Origin: Obrimoposthia wandeli
Taxonomy: Eukaryota
DNA length: 64,000 nt
Direction of reading: 5' to 3'
NCBI GenBank assembly: GCA_977020255.1
Contig: CDROCS010001089.1
Location: forward strand, 372,001 to 436,000
The translations under genes and the position numbers were made by a program. Positions 38,527 through 53,100 of the stretch are shown piece by piece. The notes beneath the pieces were generated by a model. It did not search any database, was not told the DNA's origin, and was given only the letters and a program-made list of their open reading frames with translations. Position 1 is the first letter of the stretch, and every line of letters starts with the position of its first letter.

Positions 38527-38984
38527 TGGGCTTATATAATGAGCCTAACGGCTATTTTTTTGAAAAAATCGACTAAATACGTGAGACTCAGACGTGGCTG
38601 CATTGCCTATCAAGCGATAAAAAAAGATAGGGCAGAACCTGCTGTAACTGATTGCTGAAGTGACTTTTGTCGTGTGAAAAAAATCAAAATTTTAACCATA
38701 ACTTATAATTATTAAGCTAAATAAAGCAGCACAAACAACAATATAGTTATATAGGGAACTAGAATGTTTTAATATTTCCTAGTAACCCATACTTACTTTT
38801 ACCTAATAAAGCCTGACCAAACGCCCTACCAAGGTTTTAACAACGAAGTAACTCTAGCGCTAATACTGCTTCTAAACAAAGTTAAAACATTGCATTTAAA
38901 GCTGTTTTTTCATCTGTAGCGACTTAACCATAGATTAACTGCTAGAATAGATTACCTATTTGAACTCAACACGTGCCTGATTAA

Positions 38985-40379
38985 ATGCGATTATTTCTAC
39001 TCTTGTTTTTATTTATCTGTTTTGATATTCAAGCTGCTGTAACCGCTAGTGTAAACACTGCGAAAATTAAATACGGTCAGAATGTGCTGTTAAACATTAG
39101 TTCTGATAATGCAGCCGGAAAAACGCCAAATTTAACCATTCTAAAAAGAAGTTTCAAAATTATTGGAAATAGTAAAGTCAGCAGGCCCTATCTTAGCAAC
39201 GGTGTACGCAAACAAAAAACGCAGTGGTTCTTCATCTTAAAACCAAAAACATCAGGCACTTTAAAAATACCCGCTATTAAAGTTAACGGCGAGAAAACCA
39301 AAGCAATCATGGTTAAAGTAGTAAACACGCGTAAAAAAGGCACTAATAAATCGCAAAGACAAACCAAGCAGACAGCTAAAAAAACAGCGACGTACGACAT
39401 TTTAGTTAAAGCGACTATCAATAAAAACAAAGTCTTTCCCAATGAGATGCTGATTTACCAGTTAACAATTAATTTCCCTAATATAGCCAACAGCAATTTC
39501 AAAGTCACTCCACCATTCATCCCTGGCGCTATTTTGTTACCCCTTGCAGAGCCAACTTTTAAGCAAATAACACAAAGGTCCAAGGCTAGAACAGTGCGTA
39601 GCCAAAGCTATGCTATTTTTGCAGAACAAGTGGCCTTCTATCAAATAGAGCCAGCATCTATTAGCTTTAATGATGCAAAGCAAGGTGACACAGAAAATAG
39701 GGTCTCGTTAAAAGCCAATAGCTTACATTTTGAAATAAAGCCCAAAGCTAACCAAACCAGTTTAGGTTATTGGCTACCCAGTGATAAGATTCAATTGTCG
39801 CAAACTTGGGAGGGCCTAGACCCAACACAGCAAACGGTCCCATTTGGTAGCATTGTGAAGCGTATAATAGAGCTTAAGGCAAGTGCGCTAAATGCAGACA
39901 TACTTCCGCTATTAAGTGATTTAATTCATCAAAAAGTTCAACTCAAACTAGAAGATGTAAGCATTAGCAATGGGATAGAAAACGGAGTTTTGATAGCGAC
40001 ACGTCGTGAAGTTGTCACTATGGTTTTTAACCAATCAGGTCTTATAAGCATCCCTCCTGTGGATTTACATTGGTGGAATACTAAGTTGGATCAAGCGAGA
40101 ATTGCTAGTTTAGATGCTCTGAATTTCACTGTACTAGCAGCACCTGTAAATCAACAGCTAAGCTCATTACCTGAAAAAGAGATAGCCATACCGATTAACC
40201 CCGCTAAGCTAAATGCTGAGCAAATCAAAAAAAGCACAAATAAAAGCCTATCAACCACTCCTAAACACTCAAGAATTCTGTTTTCAGAGCAACAAATGAA
40301 CTGGCTTATTCTATTATTATTCACTCTTTTAGTCGCTACAACCGCTGGTTGGTTAATAAGTTCGCGAAAAAAACGCTAA
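38985..40379 (+). CDS. batD: BatD-family exported, C-terminally anchored protein
   Basis: Signal peptide, AAVTASVNT...LLNIS start, GTLKIPAIKVNG, YWLPSDKIQLSQTW, LHWWNT, C-terminal TM. Confidence 0.7.
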   Translation: MRLFLLLFLFICFDIQAAVTASVNTAKIKYGQNVLLNISSDNAAGKTPNLTILKRSFKIIGNSKVSRPYLSNGVRKQKTQWFFILKPKTSGTLKIPAIKVNGEKTKAIMVKVVNTRKKGTNKSQRQTKQTAKKTATYDILVKATINKNKVFPNEMLIYQLTINFPNIANSNFKVTPPFIPGAILLPLAEPTFKQITQRSKARTVRSQSYAIFAEQVAFYQIEPASISFNDAKQGDTENRVSLKANSLHFEIKPKANQTSLGYWLPSDKIQLSQTWEGLDPTQQTVPFGSIVKRIIELKASALNADILPLLSDLIHQKVQLKLEDVSISNGIENGVLIATRREVVTMVFNQSGLISIPPVDLHWWNTKLDQARIASLDALNFTVLAAPVNQQLSSLPEKEIAIPINPAKLNAEQIKKSTNKSLSTTPKHSRILFSEQQMNWLILLLFTLLVATTAGWLISSRKKR

Positions 40380-40390
40380 TTACTGATTTT

Positions 40391-41170
40391 TTATCCACAA
40401 TTGATAAAAATTCTTATACCCATTTCCTCCATGCGATTTCAACGCTCAATTTTCTGTCATATGCATGTCTTTTTATCGTCAACTAAGTTTAATTTAGTTA
40501 TTTTAAATCAAATAGATACATATAAACTAAAGTGGAATTTACCAAATTTAATAATCCTTTTTTTTCATGAGATTTAAGCATAAAAAAAGCTAATATTCTT
40601 TGCATACAAGCCAGTTATTGTATTAACCCACATAGTTATCAACAAAATCAGCTTTATTCAGAGTAAATAAAATTAATTATTTTCATTTAATTTTTATTGA
40701 ATAAAAGTATTCTAATTTTGGCTGTGTATAAAAATCGTGAAAATTACCCACAGGATACAATCAGAAATAAAGATATGTTCCACGGGAGATATCCAGAGCT
40801 TTATCCACTATCCACAAAATACCCACCGAATAAATACAATTTTATTCACATTTTGAATTTATCTGCTATGATCTCTTTTTTAGGAAAACACAACGTGTGG
40901 TTAACTTGTTCAAAAGTAAAGCTCTGGTGTTGGACAAAAATGTGGATAACATCAAGCCTGTATAACCATGCCTTTTATACACAGATTACCCGCCCTATAA
41001 TCACTGTGGATAAGCAGGAAAGCACTATAGTTTGAAGTGATGTAAGACCCTGTTTTATAGGTAATTAAGTAGCTTGTTAACACAAAAAGACGCCCTTAAT
41101 AGTAGTAACAATAACAATCTTATATATATATATACTTAAATATATATATATTTAATAACTAAATAAGATT
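40391..41170. other. oriC: Chromosomal replication origin oriC
   Basis: Perfect TTWTNCACA boxes at 40391, 40723, 40842, 40941, 40975, 41005; near-matches at 40636, 40744, 40801, 40808, 40896; AT-rich unwinding element 41097-41170 next to mnmG; + strand looks C-rich to the left and G-rich to the right (by eye, not computed). Confidence 0.88.
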
Positions 41171-41279
41171 GGTTAAATTGTGTTCATTACTAATTATATT
41201 TTAAAGCTGTATACTTCTGCTTCGAAAATTAGATACCAACAAATGTTAATTACATTCAAGAAAAAGAGAGGCAAGTTAA

Positions 41280-43172
41280 GTGGACTATCCCGATCAATTT
41301 GACGTCATTATCATCGGTGGTGGTCATGCAGGAACAGAAGCGGCATTAGCATCAGCAAGAAAAGGTGCCAAAACGTTATTGCTAACTCATAATATTGAAA
41401 CGTTAGGGCAAATGTCATGTAATCCAGCAATTGGAGGTATTGGCAAATCACATCTAGTTAAAGAAATTGATGCTTTAGATGGAGCTATGGCTAAAGCAAC
41501 GGATTTGGCTGGCATTCAATTTCGTATATTAAATTCTAGAAAAGGCCCAGCGGTTAGAGCAACTAGAGCACAAGCCGATAGAATTCTTTATAAAGCAGCT
41601 ATTCGTGAAATATTAGAAAACCAGCCCAATTTAGTCATTTTTCAACAAGCCGCTGATGATCTAATAATTGAACAAGACACAATTAAAGGCGTTGTCACCC
41701 AAACCGGAATTATTTTTAGAGCAAAATCTGTCGTTTTAACCGCTGGAACCTTTTTAGCCGGTTTAATACATGTCGGCTTAGCTCATTACTCTGGTGGAAG
41801 AGCTGGCGACCCTGCGTCAACAACCCTAGCTAGTCGACTTCATGAAATGCCTTTTAGAATCGCTCGTTTAAAAACAGGTACTCCACCGCGTATTGATGCT
41901 CGCTCAGTCGATTTCTCAAAAATGCAAGTTCAACCGGGGGACATACCATTACCCGTAATGTCTTATATGGGTAATGTGGCGCAGCATCCAAGACAGGTTA
42001 ATTGCTATATAACGCATACGAATGAAAGAACACACGATATTTTACGTACAGGACTTGATCGCTCACCGTTATACACTGGGGTAATTGAAGGTGAGGGTCC
42101 AAGATATTGCCCATCTGTAGAAGACAAAATTATGCGCTTTGCTGACAAAACATCCCACCAGGTGTTTGTAGAGCCAGAAGGTTTAACCACCCACGAATTA
42201 TATCCAAATGGAATATCGACTAGCTTACCCTTTGATATTCAATTGCAAGCTGTTCGCTCAATTCTAGGATTTGAAACGGCGCATATTACGAGAGCGGGTT
42301 ATGCTATAGAGTATGATTTCTTTAACCCTCAAGATTTGAAACACACTTTAGAAACCAAATTCGTCAATGGCCTTTATTTTGCTGGTCAAATAAATGGTAC
42401 AACAGGCTATGAGGAAGCAGCTGCGCAAGGATTATTAGCAGGATTGAATGCAGCCGCTTTCGCATTAGAGCAAGAGCAGTGGTATCCAAAAAGAGATGAA
42501 GCATATATTGGTGTATTAGTAGATGACCTTATTACTCATGGGACATCTGAGCCTTATCGAATGTTTACCTCTAGAGCCGAATATCGATTAATTTTACGTG
42601 AAGATAATGCAGATCTACGCTTGACTGAAATAGGCTATAAATTAGGCGTCGTATCTGAGGAGCGTTGGAAGGCTTTTTCTATTAAAAGAGAGGCAATTGA
42701 AACGGAAAATGAACGCTTAAAGAGCACGTGGATACAGCCTGGAACTGAACAAGCAGATATTATCAACCAAAAATTTACTACACCTTTAGCGCGTGAGTAT
42801 TCGCTAGCTGATTTATTAAAACGCCCAGAACTTAAATACCAGGATGTAGCAAGTTTAAAAGGGGAAGCCTGCTGCGATAAGCAAGTTCAAGAGCAAGTTG
42901 AGATTGAATTTAAGTATTCAGGATATATAGAAAGACAAAAAAATGATATTGAGCAAATGCGTCGCCAGGAAAACACAAAGCTACCTGATGATTTTAATTA
43001 TGAAAATATTAGTGGTTTGTCAAATGAGTTAAAAAGTAAATTGCAGCAAAGTACACCGAAAAATATTGCTCAGGCAGGTCGTATTCAAGGTATGACTCCT
43101 GCTGCAATTTCTTTGTTATTGGTCTACATCAAGAAACATAAATTGCTAGCCAAAGCCAAAAAGGAAGCTTAG
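41280..43172 (+). CDS. mnmG: tRNA uridine-5-carboxymethylaminomethyl modification enzyme MnmG (GidA)
   Basis: [51 protein letters not shown]. Confidence 0.98.
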   Translation: MDYPDQFDVIIIGGGHAGTEAALASARKGAKTLLLTHNIETLGQMSCNPAIGGIGKSHLVKEIDALDGAMAKATDLAGIQFRILNSRKGPAVRATRAQADRILYKAAIREILENQPNLVIFQQAADDLIIEQDTIKGVVTQTGIIFRAKSVVLTAGTFLAGLIHVGLAHYSGGRAGDPASTTLASRLHEMPFRIARLKTGTPPRIDARSVDFSKMQVQPGDIPLPVMSYMGNVAQHPRQVNCYITHTNERTHDILRTGLDRSPLYTGVIEGEGPRYCPSVEDKIMRFADKTSHQVFVEPEGLTTHELYPNGISTSLPFDIQLQAVRSILGFETAHITRAGYAIEYDFFNPQDLKHTLETKFVNGLYFAGQINGTTGYEEAAAQGLLAGLNAAAFALEQEQWYPKRDEAYIGVLVDDLITHGTSEPYRMFTSRAEYRLILREDNADLRLTEIGYKLGVVSEERWKAFSIKREAIETENERLKSTWIQPGTEQADIINQKFTTPLAREYSLADLLKRPELKYQDVASLKGEACCDKQVQEQVEIEFKYSGYIERQKNDIEQMRRQENTKLPDDFNYENISGLSNELKSKLQQSTPKNIAQAGRIQGMTPAAISLLLVYIKKHKLLAKAKKEA

Positions 43173-43210
43173 AAAGCTCCCTACAAGGGTTACTAACAAG
43201 CACAAAAAAC

Positions 43211-43248
43211 AAAAGAGCTGTGTATAAAAGGTTATGCACAGCTCTTTT
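43211..43248 (+). terminator. mnmG-rsmG intergenic hairpin whose arms are DnaA boxes
   Basis: AAAAGAGCTGTGTATAA/TTATGCACAGCTCTTTT stem; TGTGTATAA (43219) and TTATGCACA (43232) both fit TTWTNCACA. Confidence 0.55.
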
Positions 43249-43271
43249 CGTATACAAAGGATAACTGACAA

Positions 43272-43910
43272 ATGTCAGATCAGGAATATCAGAACATTTT
43301 ACAAAAACAACTTACTAACATAGGTCATAGCTTTGATGATAATGTGGTGAAGCAACTACTTAGTTATCATGCTCTATTGGTAAAGTGGAATAAAGCGTAT
43401 AACTTAACGGGTGTTCGCGACCCCATTGAAATGATTAACAGGCATATTATAGATAGCCTGAGTGTACTTACTTTTATCGATAATGCTAAATTAAACAATC
43501 TAGTTGATGTTGGCAGTGGTCCAGGTCTTCCTGGAGTGATTTTAGCTATTTGTCGACCTGAGCTTGAAGTAACAAGTATCGATAGTAATGGTAAAAAAAC
43601 CCGTTTTCAAAACCAGGTTAAAATTGAACTAGGCTTGGCAAATTTAACTGTGGTACGTGGCCGTGCAGAAGAATGTACATCGGGTCCTTTTGATGCAGTG
43701 ATCTCTAGAGCGTTTGCATCAATTTCAGATATGTTGAAATGGACTGATCATTTATGTGCTGATCACGGAATGTTCTTACCCATGAAAGCGTTACTCAGTG
43801 CGCAAGAAATATCGCAACTGCCACAAGGATATGATTTAATTGCGAGTCATGTGTTAGCAGTACCTGGCTGGGAAAGTACACGTCATCTGTTGGAAATAAG
43901 GAGAGTCTGA
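43272..43910 (+). CDS. rsmG: 16S rRNA m7G527 methyltransferase RsmG (GidB)
   Basis: KWNKAYNLTG, HIIDSL, DVGSGPGLPG, SRAFAS. Confidence 0.96.
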   Translation: MSDQEYQNILQKQLTNIGHSFDDNVVKQLLSYHALLVKWNKAYNLTGVRDPIEMINRHIIDSLSVLTFIDNAKLNNLVDVGSGPGLPGVILAICRPELEVTSIDSNGKKTRFQNQVKIELGLANLTVVRGRAEECTSGPFDAVISRAFASISDMLKWTDHLCADHGMFLPMKALLSAQEISQLPQGYDLIASHVLAVPGWESTRHLLEIRRV

Positions 43911-43912
43911 AC

Positions 43913-44719
43913 GTGGCAAAAATACTAACAATCACCAACCAAAAGGGAGGCGTTGGTAAAACCACAACTTGCGTTAACTTATCAGCTTCTCTAGCGGCTA
44001 TGAAAAAGCGAGTTTTGTTAGTTGACTTAGACCCACAAGGCAACGCGACTATGGGTAGTGGTGTTGATAAATATACTTTAGAAAAATCAGCATACGAGTT
44101 ACTGACCGGTAAAGCAGAAGTTGCAGAAACGATCAATAAACCGGCAGAAATAGGCTATGACGTTATAGGATCTAATGGCGATTTAACGGCCGCTGAAGTA
44201 GAATTGTTAGAGTTGCCAAGGCGCGAATTTCGTTTAAAAATGGCATTAATGCCAGTCTTAGATGATTATGATTTTATTTTGATTGATAACCCGCCATCTC
44301 TTAATTTACTAACAGTCAATGCTCTTGCTTCATCACAAGGCGTGATTATTCCTATGCAATGTGAATATTATGCTTTAGAAGGTATTAGCTCGTTAATCGG
44401 GACGATAGAGAAAATAAATGCGCGCTTAAATCCTTCTCTTAAAATTGAAGGGATTTTGCGTACTATGTATGATCCCCGCATGACATTAACAAAAGATGTT
44501 TCCAATCATTTAATAGAATATTTTGGCGACAAAGTTTACCGTACTATTATTCCACGCAATATTCGTTTAGCAGAAGCTCCCTCCCATGGATTACCGGCAC
44601 TTATGTATGATAAGAACTCTCGTGGTGCATTAGCGTATCTAGCACTGGCAGGAGAATTAAGCCGTAAAACGGAGCAAGAAGAGAATCAACAGTTAATAGA
44701 TGAAGCAGCAGCGGATTAA
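43913..44719 (+). CDS. parA: Chromosome partitioning ATPase ParA/Soj
   Basis: NQKGGVGKTT, DLDPQGNAT, IDNPPSL, QCEYYALEG, LAEAPSHG. Confidence 0.96.
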   Translation: MAKILTITNQKGGVGKTTTCVNLSASLAAMKKRVLLVDLDPQGNATMGSGVDKYTLEKSAYELLTGKAEVAETINKPAEIGYDVIGSNGDLTAAEVELLELPRREFRLKMALMPVLDDYDFILIDNPPSLNLLTVNALASSQGVIIPMQCEYYALEGISSLIGTIEKINARLNPSLKIEGILRTMYDPRMTLTKDVSNHLIEYFGDKVYRTIIPRNIRLAEAPSHGLPALMYDKNSRGALAYLALAGELSRKTEQEENQQLIDEAAAD

Positions 44720-44739
44720 ACGGTTTTAAGGAAACAAAA

Positions 44740-45666
44740 ATGGCTAAAAAAAGAGGTTTAGGTCGCGGTTTAGATGCACTGCTTTCAAGTTCCCATTTAG
44801 AAGATCAAATAACCACTGATTTAGATACAGTCGCTGTTAAAGGTGAAGCTGCACTGACTGACGGATATCCGGTGATTGCGATCAATAAGATTCAAAGAGG
44901 TAAATATCAGCCTCGTCGCGATCTAGAACCGCAAGCACTTGAAGATCTCACTAATTCAATTAAAGCTCAAGGCGTAATGCAGCCTATCATTATTCGGCCA
45001 ATTAGCGTTGTGGCGACTGATGAAGACAGCAACAGTGCAGTAGAATATGAAATTATTGCAGGTGAACGTCGCTGGCAAGCAAGCCAGTTAGCGGGCTTAG
45101 AAACGATCCCTGTTATTGTAAAAGATGTTAGTGATGAAGCCGCAATAGCAATGGCTTTAATTGAAAACATCCAGCGTGAAAACCTTAATGCAATGGAAGA
45201 AGCGGTTGCACTAAAACGCCTACAGGATGAGTTTGAATTATCACAACAAGAAGTGGCTGATGCGGTAGGTAAATCACGTTCAACCGTAACAAATTTGCTG
45301 AGATTGACGAAGTTAACCGACGATGTTCGCAGATTACTAGAAAATGGCGATATTGATATGGGCCATGCCAGAGCGTTATTGGGTCTAGAAGGAGTCGTTC
45401 AAGTTGAAGTTGCTAGAGAAGTGGCAGCAAAGGCGATGTCTGTGAGACAGACAGAAGAGCTGGTTCGTAAATGGCAATCAGGTGTCTTACCGAAAAAATC
45501 GGTTGAAAAACCGACACCAGATGATAATTTGTTAAAAATATCTGAAAACCTAGCACAAAAGTATGCGGCTAAAGTTGAAATCAAACACAACTCAAAAGGT
45601 AGGGGAAAAATTACAATTTCGTTTGAAAATGCTGAAAAATTAGAGAAGATACTAGCAAGCTTGTAG
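44740..45666 (+). CDS. parB: Chromosome partitioning protein ParB/Spo0J
   Basis: KKRGLGRGLDALL, QPRR, IIAGERRWQA, ENIQRENL, GKSRSTVTNLLRL. Confidence 0.96.
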   Translation: MAKKRGLGRGLDALLSSSHLEDQITTDLDTVAVKGEAALTDGYPVIAINKIQRGKYQPRRDLEPQALEDLTNSIKAQGVMQPIIIRPISVVATDEDSNSAVEYEIIAGERRWQASQLAGLETIPVIVKDVSDEAAIAMALIENIQRENLNAMEEAVALKRLQDEFELSQQEVADAVGKSRSTVTNLLRLTKLTDDVRRLLENGDIDMGHARALLGLEGVVQVEVAREVAAKAMSVRQTEELVRKWQSGVLPKKSVEKPTPDDNLLKISENLAQKYAAKVEIKHNSKGRGKITISFENAEKLEKILASL

Positions 45667-45808
45667 ATAAGGCAATGGGGTTGTCACTGCAAAGTGTTGA
45701 TTATCTGATAAAACAAATTACAAACAGTGAATAAAATCTATAAATAAGTGGTTTTACAGCTATATAGTAATAAAAACCGCTGTTTTGTTAAATTGTCCCT
45801 AGAATTGG

Positions 45809-45837
45809 TTGAGTCTACACTGACAACCCCATATAAT
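45809..45837 (+). promoter_or_regulatory. Sigma70 promoter of the atp operon
   Basis: TTGAGT-17 nt-TATAAT upstream of atpI. Confidence 0.65.
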
Positions 45838-45901
45838 CAGCCCCCTAATTTGGAGCTGCGTGCACTAAATAACAAATTATAAGAATAAAGAGCGTTATTT
45901 C

Positions 45902-46327
45902 ATGTTGAATAAAAGTCGTAAAACGCGAGGTCACACTCAAGTAATACGTCAAAAAACACTCAAAAACCTTATAGTTCAATTAGTTGCAACATGCTGCATT
46001 GCATTGGTAGCAAGTATAAGTTCGTGGGAAATAGGATATTCAGCCCTTTTAGGTGGATTAATCTACCTTATTCCCTATGCGTATGTAGCAAATCGGATAC
46101 TCGCGAAAGAAAACCGTACAGATACAGAAAATACGCCGAATCGGGCATTAGCTGATCTTTATATTGGCCAAATATGGAAAATGGTAATAGGTGCATTGTT
46201 ATTTGCGCTGGTTTTTGTTCTAGTGAAACCACTGAGCCCCTTTTCCTTATTTGGTACTTACATCGCAATACAAGCCATTGGTTGGTATTTGCAGATGAAG
46301 GCTGATAAACGCTTCATAAAACTTTAA
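45902..46327 (+). CDS. atpI: ATP synthase subunit I
   Basis: Small 4-TM protein first in atp operon; SALLGGLIYLIP, LYIGQIWK. Confidence 0.8.
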   Translation: MLNKSRKTRGHTQVIRQKTLKNLIVQLVATCCIALVASISSWEIGYSALLGGLIYLIPYAYVANRILAKENRTDTENTPNRALADLYIGQIWKMVIGALLFALVFVLVKPLSPFSLFGTYIAIQAIGWYLQMKADKRFIKL

Positions 46328-47245
<918 letters not shown>

Positions 47246-47266
47246 CGGAATAATTGAATTTTTTAA

Positions 47267-47539
<273 letters not shown>

Positions 47540-47590
47540 TTAGTAACCTACTTTTTTAGAACTACTTAATTAACTACGAGAGGTAATGGC

Positions 47591-48061
47591 GTGAATATTA
47601 ATCTAACCATTATTGGTCAGATCATCGCATTCTTCTTCTTCGTCGTATTTTGTATGAAATACGTTTGGCCGCCAATAACAGCAGCCCTAGAAGAACGCAA
47701 GAAGAAGATCGCAGAAGGTCTTGACGCTGCTGACCGTGCAGAACGCGATTTGCGTGCGGCTCAAGAAAAAGCCGAAGCAGATATGCAAGACAGCAAAGAG
47801 CAGTCAGCCGCCATCATCGATCAGGCTAATAAGCGGGCTAGCCAAATTGTCGACGAAGCCAAAGAAGCAGCGGTTGCGGAAGCAGATCGCATTAAACATG
47901 CAGCTACAGCTGAAATCGAACAAGAAGTTAACCGTGCTAAAGAAACTCTACGCTCACAAGTTGCTGTATTAGCAATTGCTGGCGCTGAAAAGATTCTTGA
48001 AGCATCTGTTGACGAAGCAGCCCACGCTAGACTAGTTGATAAACTAGCAGCGGAGCTTTAA
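47591..48061 (+). CDS. atpF: F0 ATP synthase subunit b
   Basis: [17 protein letters not shown]...[11 protein letters not shown]. Confidence 0.97.
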   Translation: MNINLTIIGQIIAFFFFVVFCMKYVWPPITAALEERKKKIAEGLDAADRAERDLRAAQEKAEADMQDSKEQSAAIIDQANKRASQIVDEAKEAAVAEADRIKHAATAEIEQEVNRAKETLRSQVAVLAIAGAEKILEASVDEAAHARLVDKLAAEL

Positions 48062-48073
48062 GCGAGGTTTACG

Positions 48074-48607
48074 ATGGCTGAACTCAATACAGTAGCTCGT
48101 CCTTATACTAAAGCAGTTTTCGAATTTGCACGCGATGCGGGCACAATCGATAGCTGGTCTAGCTCACTGAAAGATGCGGCACTTGTTGCTAGTGATTCAG
48201 TGATGCAAAGTATTTTGGGCAATCCTGCACTGACTAGTGATGCAAAAGCAGAAGCGGTAATTTTTGTGTTAGAAGATTTAGATGATAGTGGTAAAAACTT
48301 CATCTCACTTTTAGCTGAAAATAAGCGCTTAGCTTTGATTCCAGAGATCTCTTTGCAGTTTGAGCAGCTCAAGGCAAATCAACAGTCTAGCGTCGAAATC
48401 GACGTGACTACTGCTTTTGAGCTCGACGAGCAACAGCAACAAAAATTAACTCAGGCGTTAAGCGCTAAGCTAGGTCGTGACGTGGCAATTTCATCTACTG
48501 TAGATAAGTCTATATTAGGTGGTGTAGTAATACGCACACAAGATCTAGTTATCGACGGTTCAGTTCGTGCACGTATTGCGAAACTAGCCGAAGTATTAAA
48601 TTCCTGA
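48074..48607 (+). CDS. atpH: F1 ATP synthase subunit delta
   Basis: [21 protein letters not shown]...IDGSVR. Confidence 0.96.
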   Translation: MAELNTVARPYTKAVFEFARDAGTIDSWSSSLKDAALVASDSVMQSILGNPALTSDAKAEAVIFVLEDLDDSGKNFISLLAENKRLALIPEISLQFEQLKANQQSSVEIDVTTAFELDEQQQQKLTQALSAKLGRDVAISSTVDKSILGGVVIRTQDLVIDGSVRARIAKLAEVLNS

Positions 48608-48623
48608 GTATCGAGGAATAACC

Positions 48624-50168
48624 ATGCAGCAACTGAATCCATCAGAGATCAGCGAGATCCTCAAGAAGCGCATCGACAAGCTGGACGTGTCTTCTCAAGC
48701 AAAAAATGAGGGCACAATTGTCAGCGTAGCCGACGGTATCATTTTGATCCACGGTCTGGCAGATGTAATGTACGGGGAAATGATTGAATTCCCTGGCGGC
48801 GTATACGGTATGGCACTCAACCTTGAGCGCGATGCAGTAGGCGCGGTAGTCCTAGGAGACTACCAAGACTTAGTAGAAGGCATGACGGCACGTTGTACTG
48901 GCCGCATCCTAGAAGTACCTGTTGGACCTGAATTACGTGGTCGCGTTGTAGACGCACTAGGTAACCCTATCGATGGTAAAGGCCCAGTAGAAACTAAAAT
49001 TACCGATGCTGTTGAAAAAGTAGCACCGGGCGTAATCGAACGTAAATCAGTTGATCAGCCTATTCAAACAGGTCTGAAAGCAATTGATGCGATGGTTCCT
49101 GTTGGCCGTGGCCAGCGTGAATTAATTATCGGTGACCGTCAAATCGGTAAAACAGCGATAGCAATTGATGCGATCATCAACCAAAAAGGCAAAGGTATTA
49201 CCTGTGTCTATGTTGCGGTTGGTCAGAAGCAATCTACTATTGCTAACGTAGTACGTAAATTAGAAGAACACGGCGCAATGGATCACACTATTGTAGTAGC
49301 CGCTGGTGCATCAGATCCTGCAGCAATGCAGTTCCTAGCACCTTATGCTGGTTGCTCAATGGGTGAATACTTCCGTGACCGCGGTGAAGATGCACTGATT
49401 GTATATGATGATTTGACTAAGCAAGCTTGGGCATATCGTCAGATTTCACTATTGTTACGCCGTCCACCTGGACGTGAAGCGTACCCTGGTGATGTATTCT
49501 ACCTCCACTCTCGTTTACTAGAACGTTCTGCTCGTGTAAGTGCGGAATACGTTGAAAAGTTCACAAACGGTGAAGTGAAAGGTAAAACAGGTTCTTTGAC
49601 TGCATTACCTGTAATTGAAACACAAGGTGGTGACGTATCAGCATTCGTTCCTACTAACGTAATTTCGATTACTGATGGTCAGATCTTCTTAGAAACTGAT
49701 TTATATAACGCCGGTATTCGTCCTGCTATAAACGCTGGTCTTTCTGTATCCCGTGTAGGTGGTGCAGCTCAGACTAAGATCATCAAGAAACTTGGTGGTG
49801 GTGTTCGTTTAGCATTGGCTCAGTATCGTGAATTAGCAGCGTTCGCGCAGTTTGCATCAGATTTAGATGAAGCAACTCGTTCACAGCTAGAGCACGGTCA
49901 GTCTGTAACAGAGCTAATGAAGCAGAAGCAGTATTCTCCAATGTCAATTGCAGAGATGGGTCTGTCATTGTTCGCAGCAAACGAAGGATTCCTAAAAGGA
50001 ATCGCCATCAACAAGATTGGTGACTTCGAAGCAGCATTAATTTCATTCTTTAACAGCGATTACGCTGATATTATGGATAAAGTTAATGAGAGCGGCGCGT
50101 ACAACGATGAGATCGCTGCAACTTTCAAAGCGGGTATCGAGAAATTTAAGTCAACTAGCACTTGGTAG
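48624..50168 (+). CDS. atpA: F1 ATP synthase subunit alpha
   Basis: [31 protein letters not shown]. Confidence 0.98.
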   Translation: MQQLNPSEISEILKKRIDKLDVSSQAKNEGTIVSVADGIILIHGLADVMYGEMIEFPGGVYGMALNLERDAVGAVVLGDYQDLVEGMTARCTGRILEVPVGPELRGRVVDALGNPIDGKGPVETKITDAVEKVAPGVIERKSVDQPIQTGLKAIDAMVPVGRGQRELIIGDRQIGKTAIAIDAIINQKGKGITCVYVAVGQKQSTIANVVRKLEEHGAMDHTIVVAAGASDPAAMQFLAPYAGCSMGEYFRDRGEDALIVYDDLTKQAWAYRQISLLLRRPPGREAYPGDVFYLHSRLLERSARVSAEYVEKFTNGEVKGKTGSLTALPVIETQGGDVSAFVPTNVISITDGQIFLETDLYNAGIRPAINAGLSVSRVGGAAQTKIIKKLGGGVRLALAQYRELAAFAQFASDLDEATRSQLEHGQSVTELMKQKQYSPMSIAEMGLSLFAANEGFLKGIAINKIGDFEAALISFFNSDYADIMDKVNESGAYNDEIAATFKAGIEKFKSTSTW

Positions 50169-50266
50169 TAGCCGCTTAAAAGCGCACCTGCATACTAGCA
50201 GTAACAGTATGCGGGCAAATTACTAAGTTAATTGATAGTTACTTAAATAACATAGGCGGAATAGCT

Positions 50267-52569
<2,303 letters not shown>

Positions 52570-52633
52570 TCTGGTTTTTAGAACCATAAAGCCCTGATCA
52601 CATTTATCAGGGTTTTATAAAGAGGTAATTAAC

Positions 52634-53056
52634 ATGGCTACAACTGTACAATGCGATATCGTTAGTGCTGAAGGAGAAATCTTTTCAGGCGCGGTAGAAT
52701 TCGTATCCGTCACAGGTAGTCTGGGTGATTTAGGGATTTATCCCGGTCATACTCCGCTTCTAACGGAACTAAAACCAGGCCCTGTCGAACTGCGTATGCA
52801 GAACGGCGAGCATGAAACTTTTTACGTATCAGGTGGCTTCTTTGAAGTTCAGCCAAGCAAAATTACTGTTTTAGCAGATACGGCACTTCGTGCCCATGAT
52901 CTTGATGAAGCAGCGGCTGAGCAAGCGAAGCTAGAAGCAGAAAAAGCAATTGGCGACAATGTTAGTGAATTTGAATTCGCTGCAGCAACCGCTCAATTAG
53001 CAGAAGCTGCTGCACAGATTCGCACACTACAAGCGATTCGCAAAAAGCTTAAGTAA
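52634..53056 (+). CDS. atpC: F1 ATP synthase subunit epsilon
   Basis: [20 protein letters not shown]. Confidence 0.97.
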   Translation: MATTVQCDIVSAEGEIFSGAVEFVSVTGSLGDLGIYPGHTPLLTELKPGPVELRMQNGEHETFYVSGGFFEVQPSKITVLADTALRAHDLDEAAAEQAKLEAEKAIGDNVSEFEFAAATAQLAEAAAQIRTLQAIRKKLK

Positions 53057-53069
53057 TGTAAGCCCAGAC

Positions 53070-53100
53070 AAAAAAAGCCCGCTTATGTGGGCTTTTTTTT
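53070..53100 (+). terminator. atp operon intrinsic terminator
   Basis: AAAAAAAGCCCGC/GTGGGCTTTTTTT. Confidence 0.85.

Noticed and set aside
40697-41035. 112-aa ORF in the track
   Set aside because: Lies wholly within the DnaA-box array of oriC, has a TTG start and no recognisable domain; its residues are translated DnaA boxes
41121-41151. (TA)n microsatellite as a repeat locus or CRISPR
   Set aside because: Short, no spacers; explained as the origin unwinding element
43913-45901. parS site near parAB or oriC
   Set aside because: No TGTTTCACGTGAAACA-like palindrome was spotted by eye; absence not computationally verified
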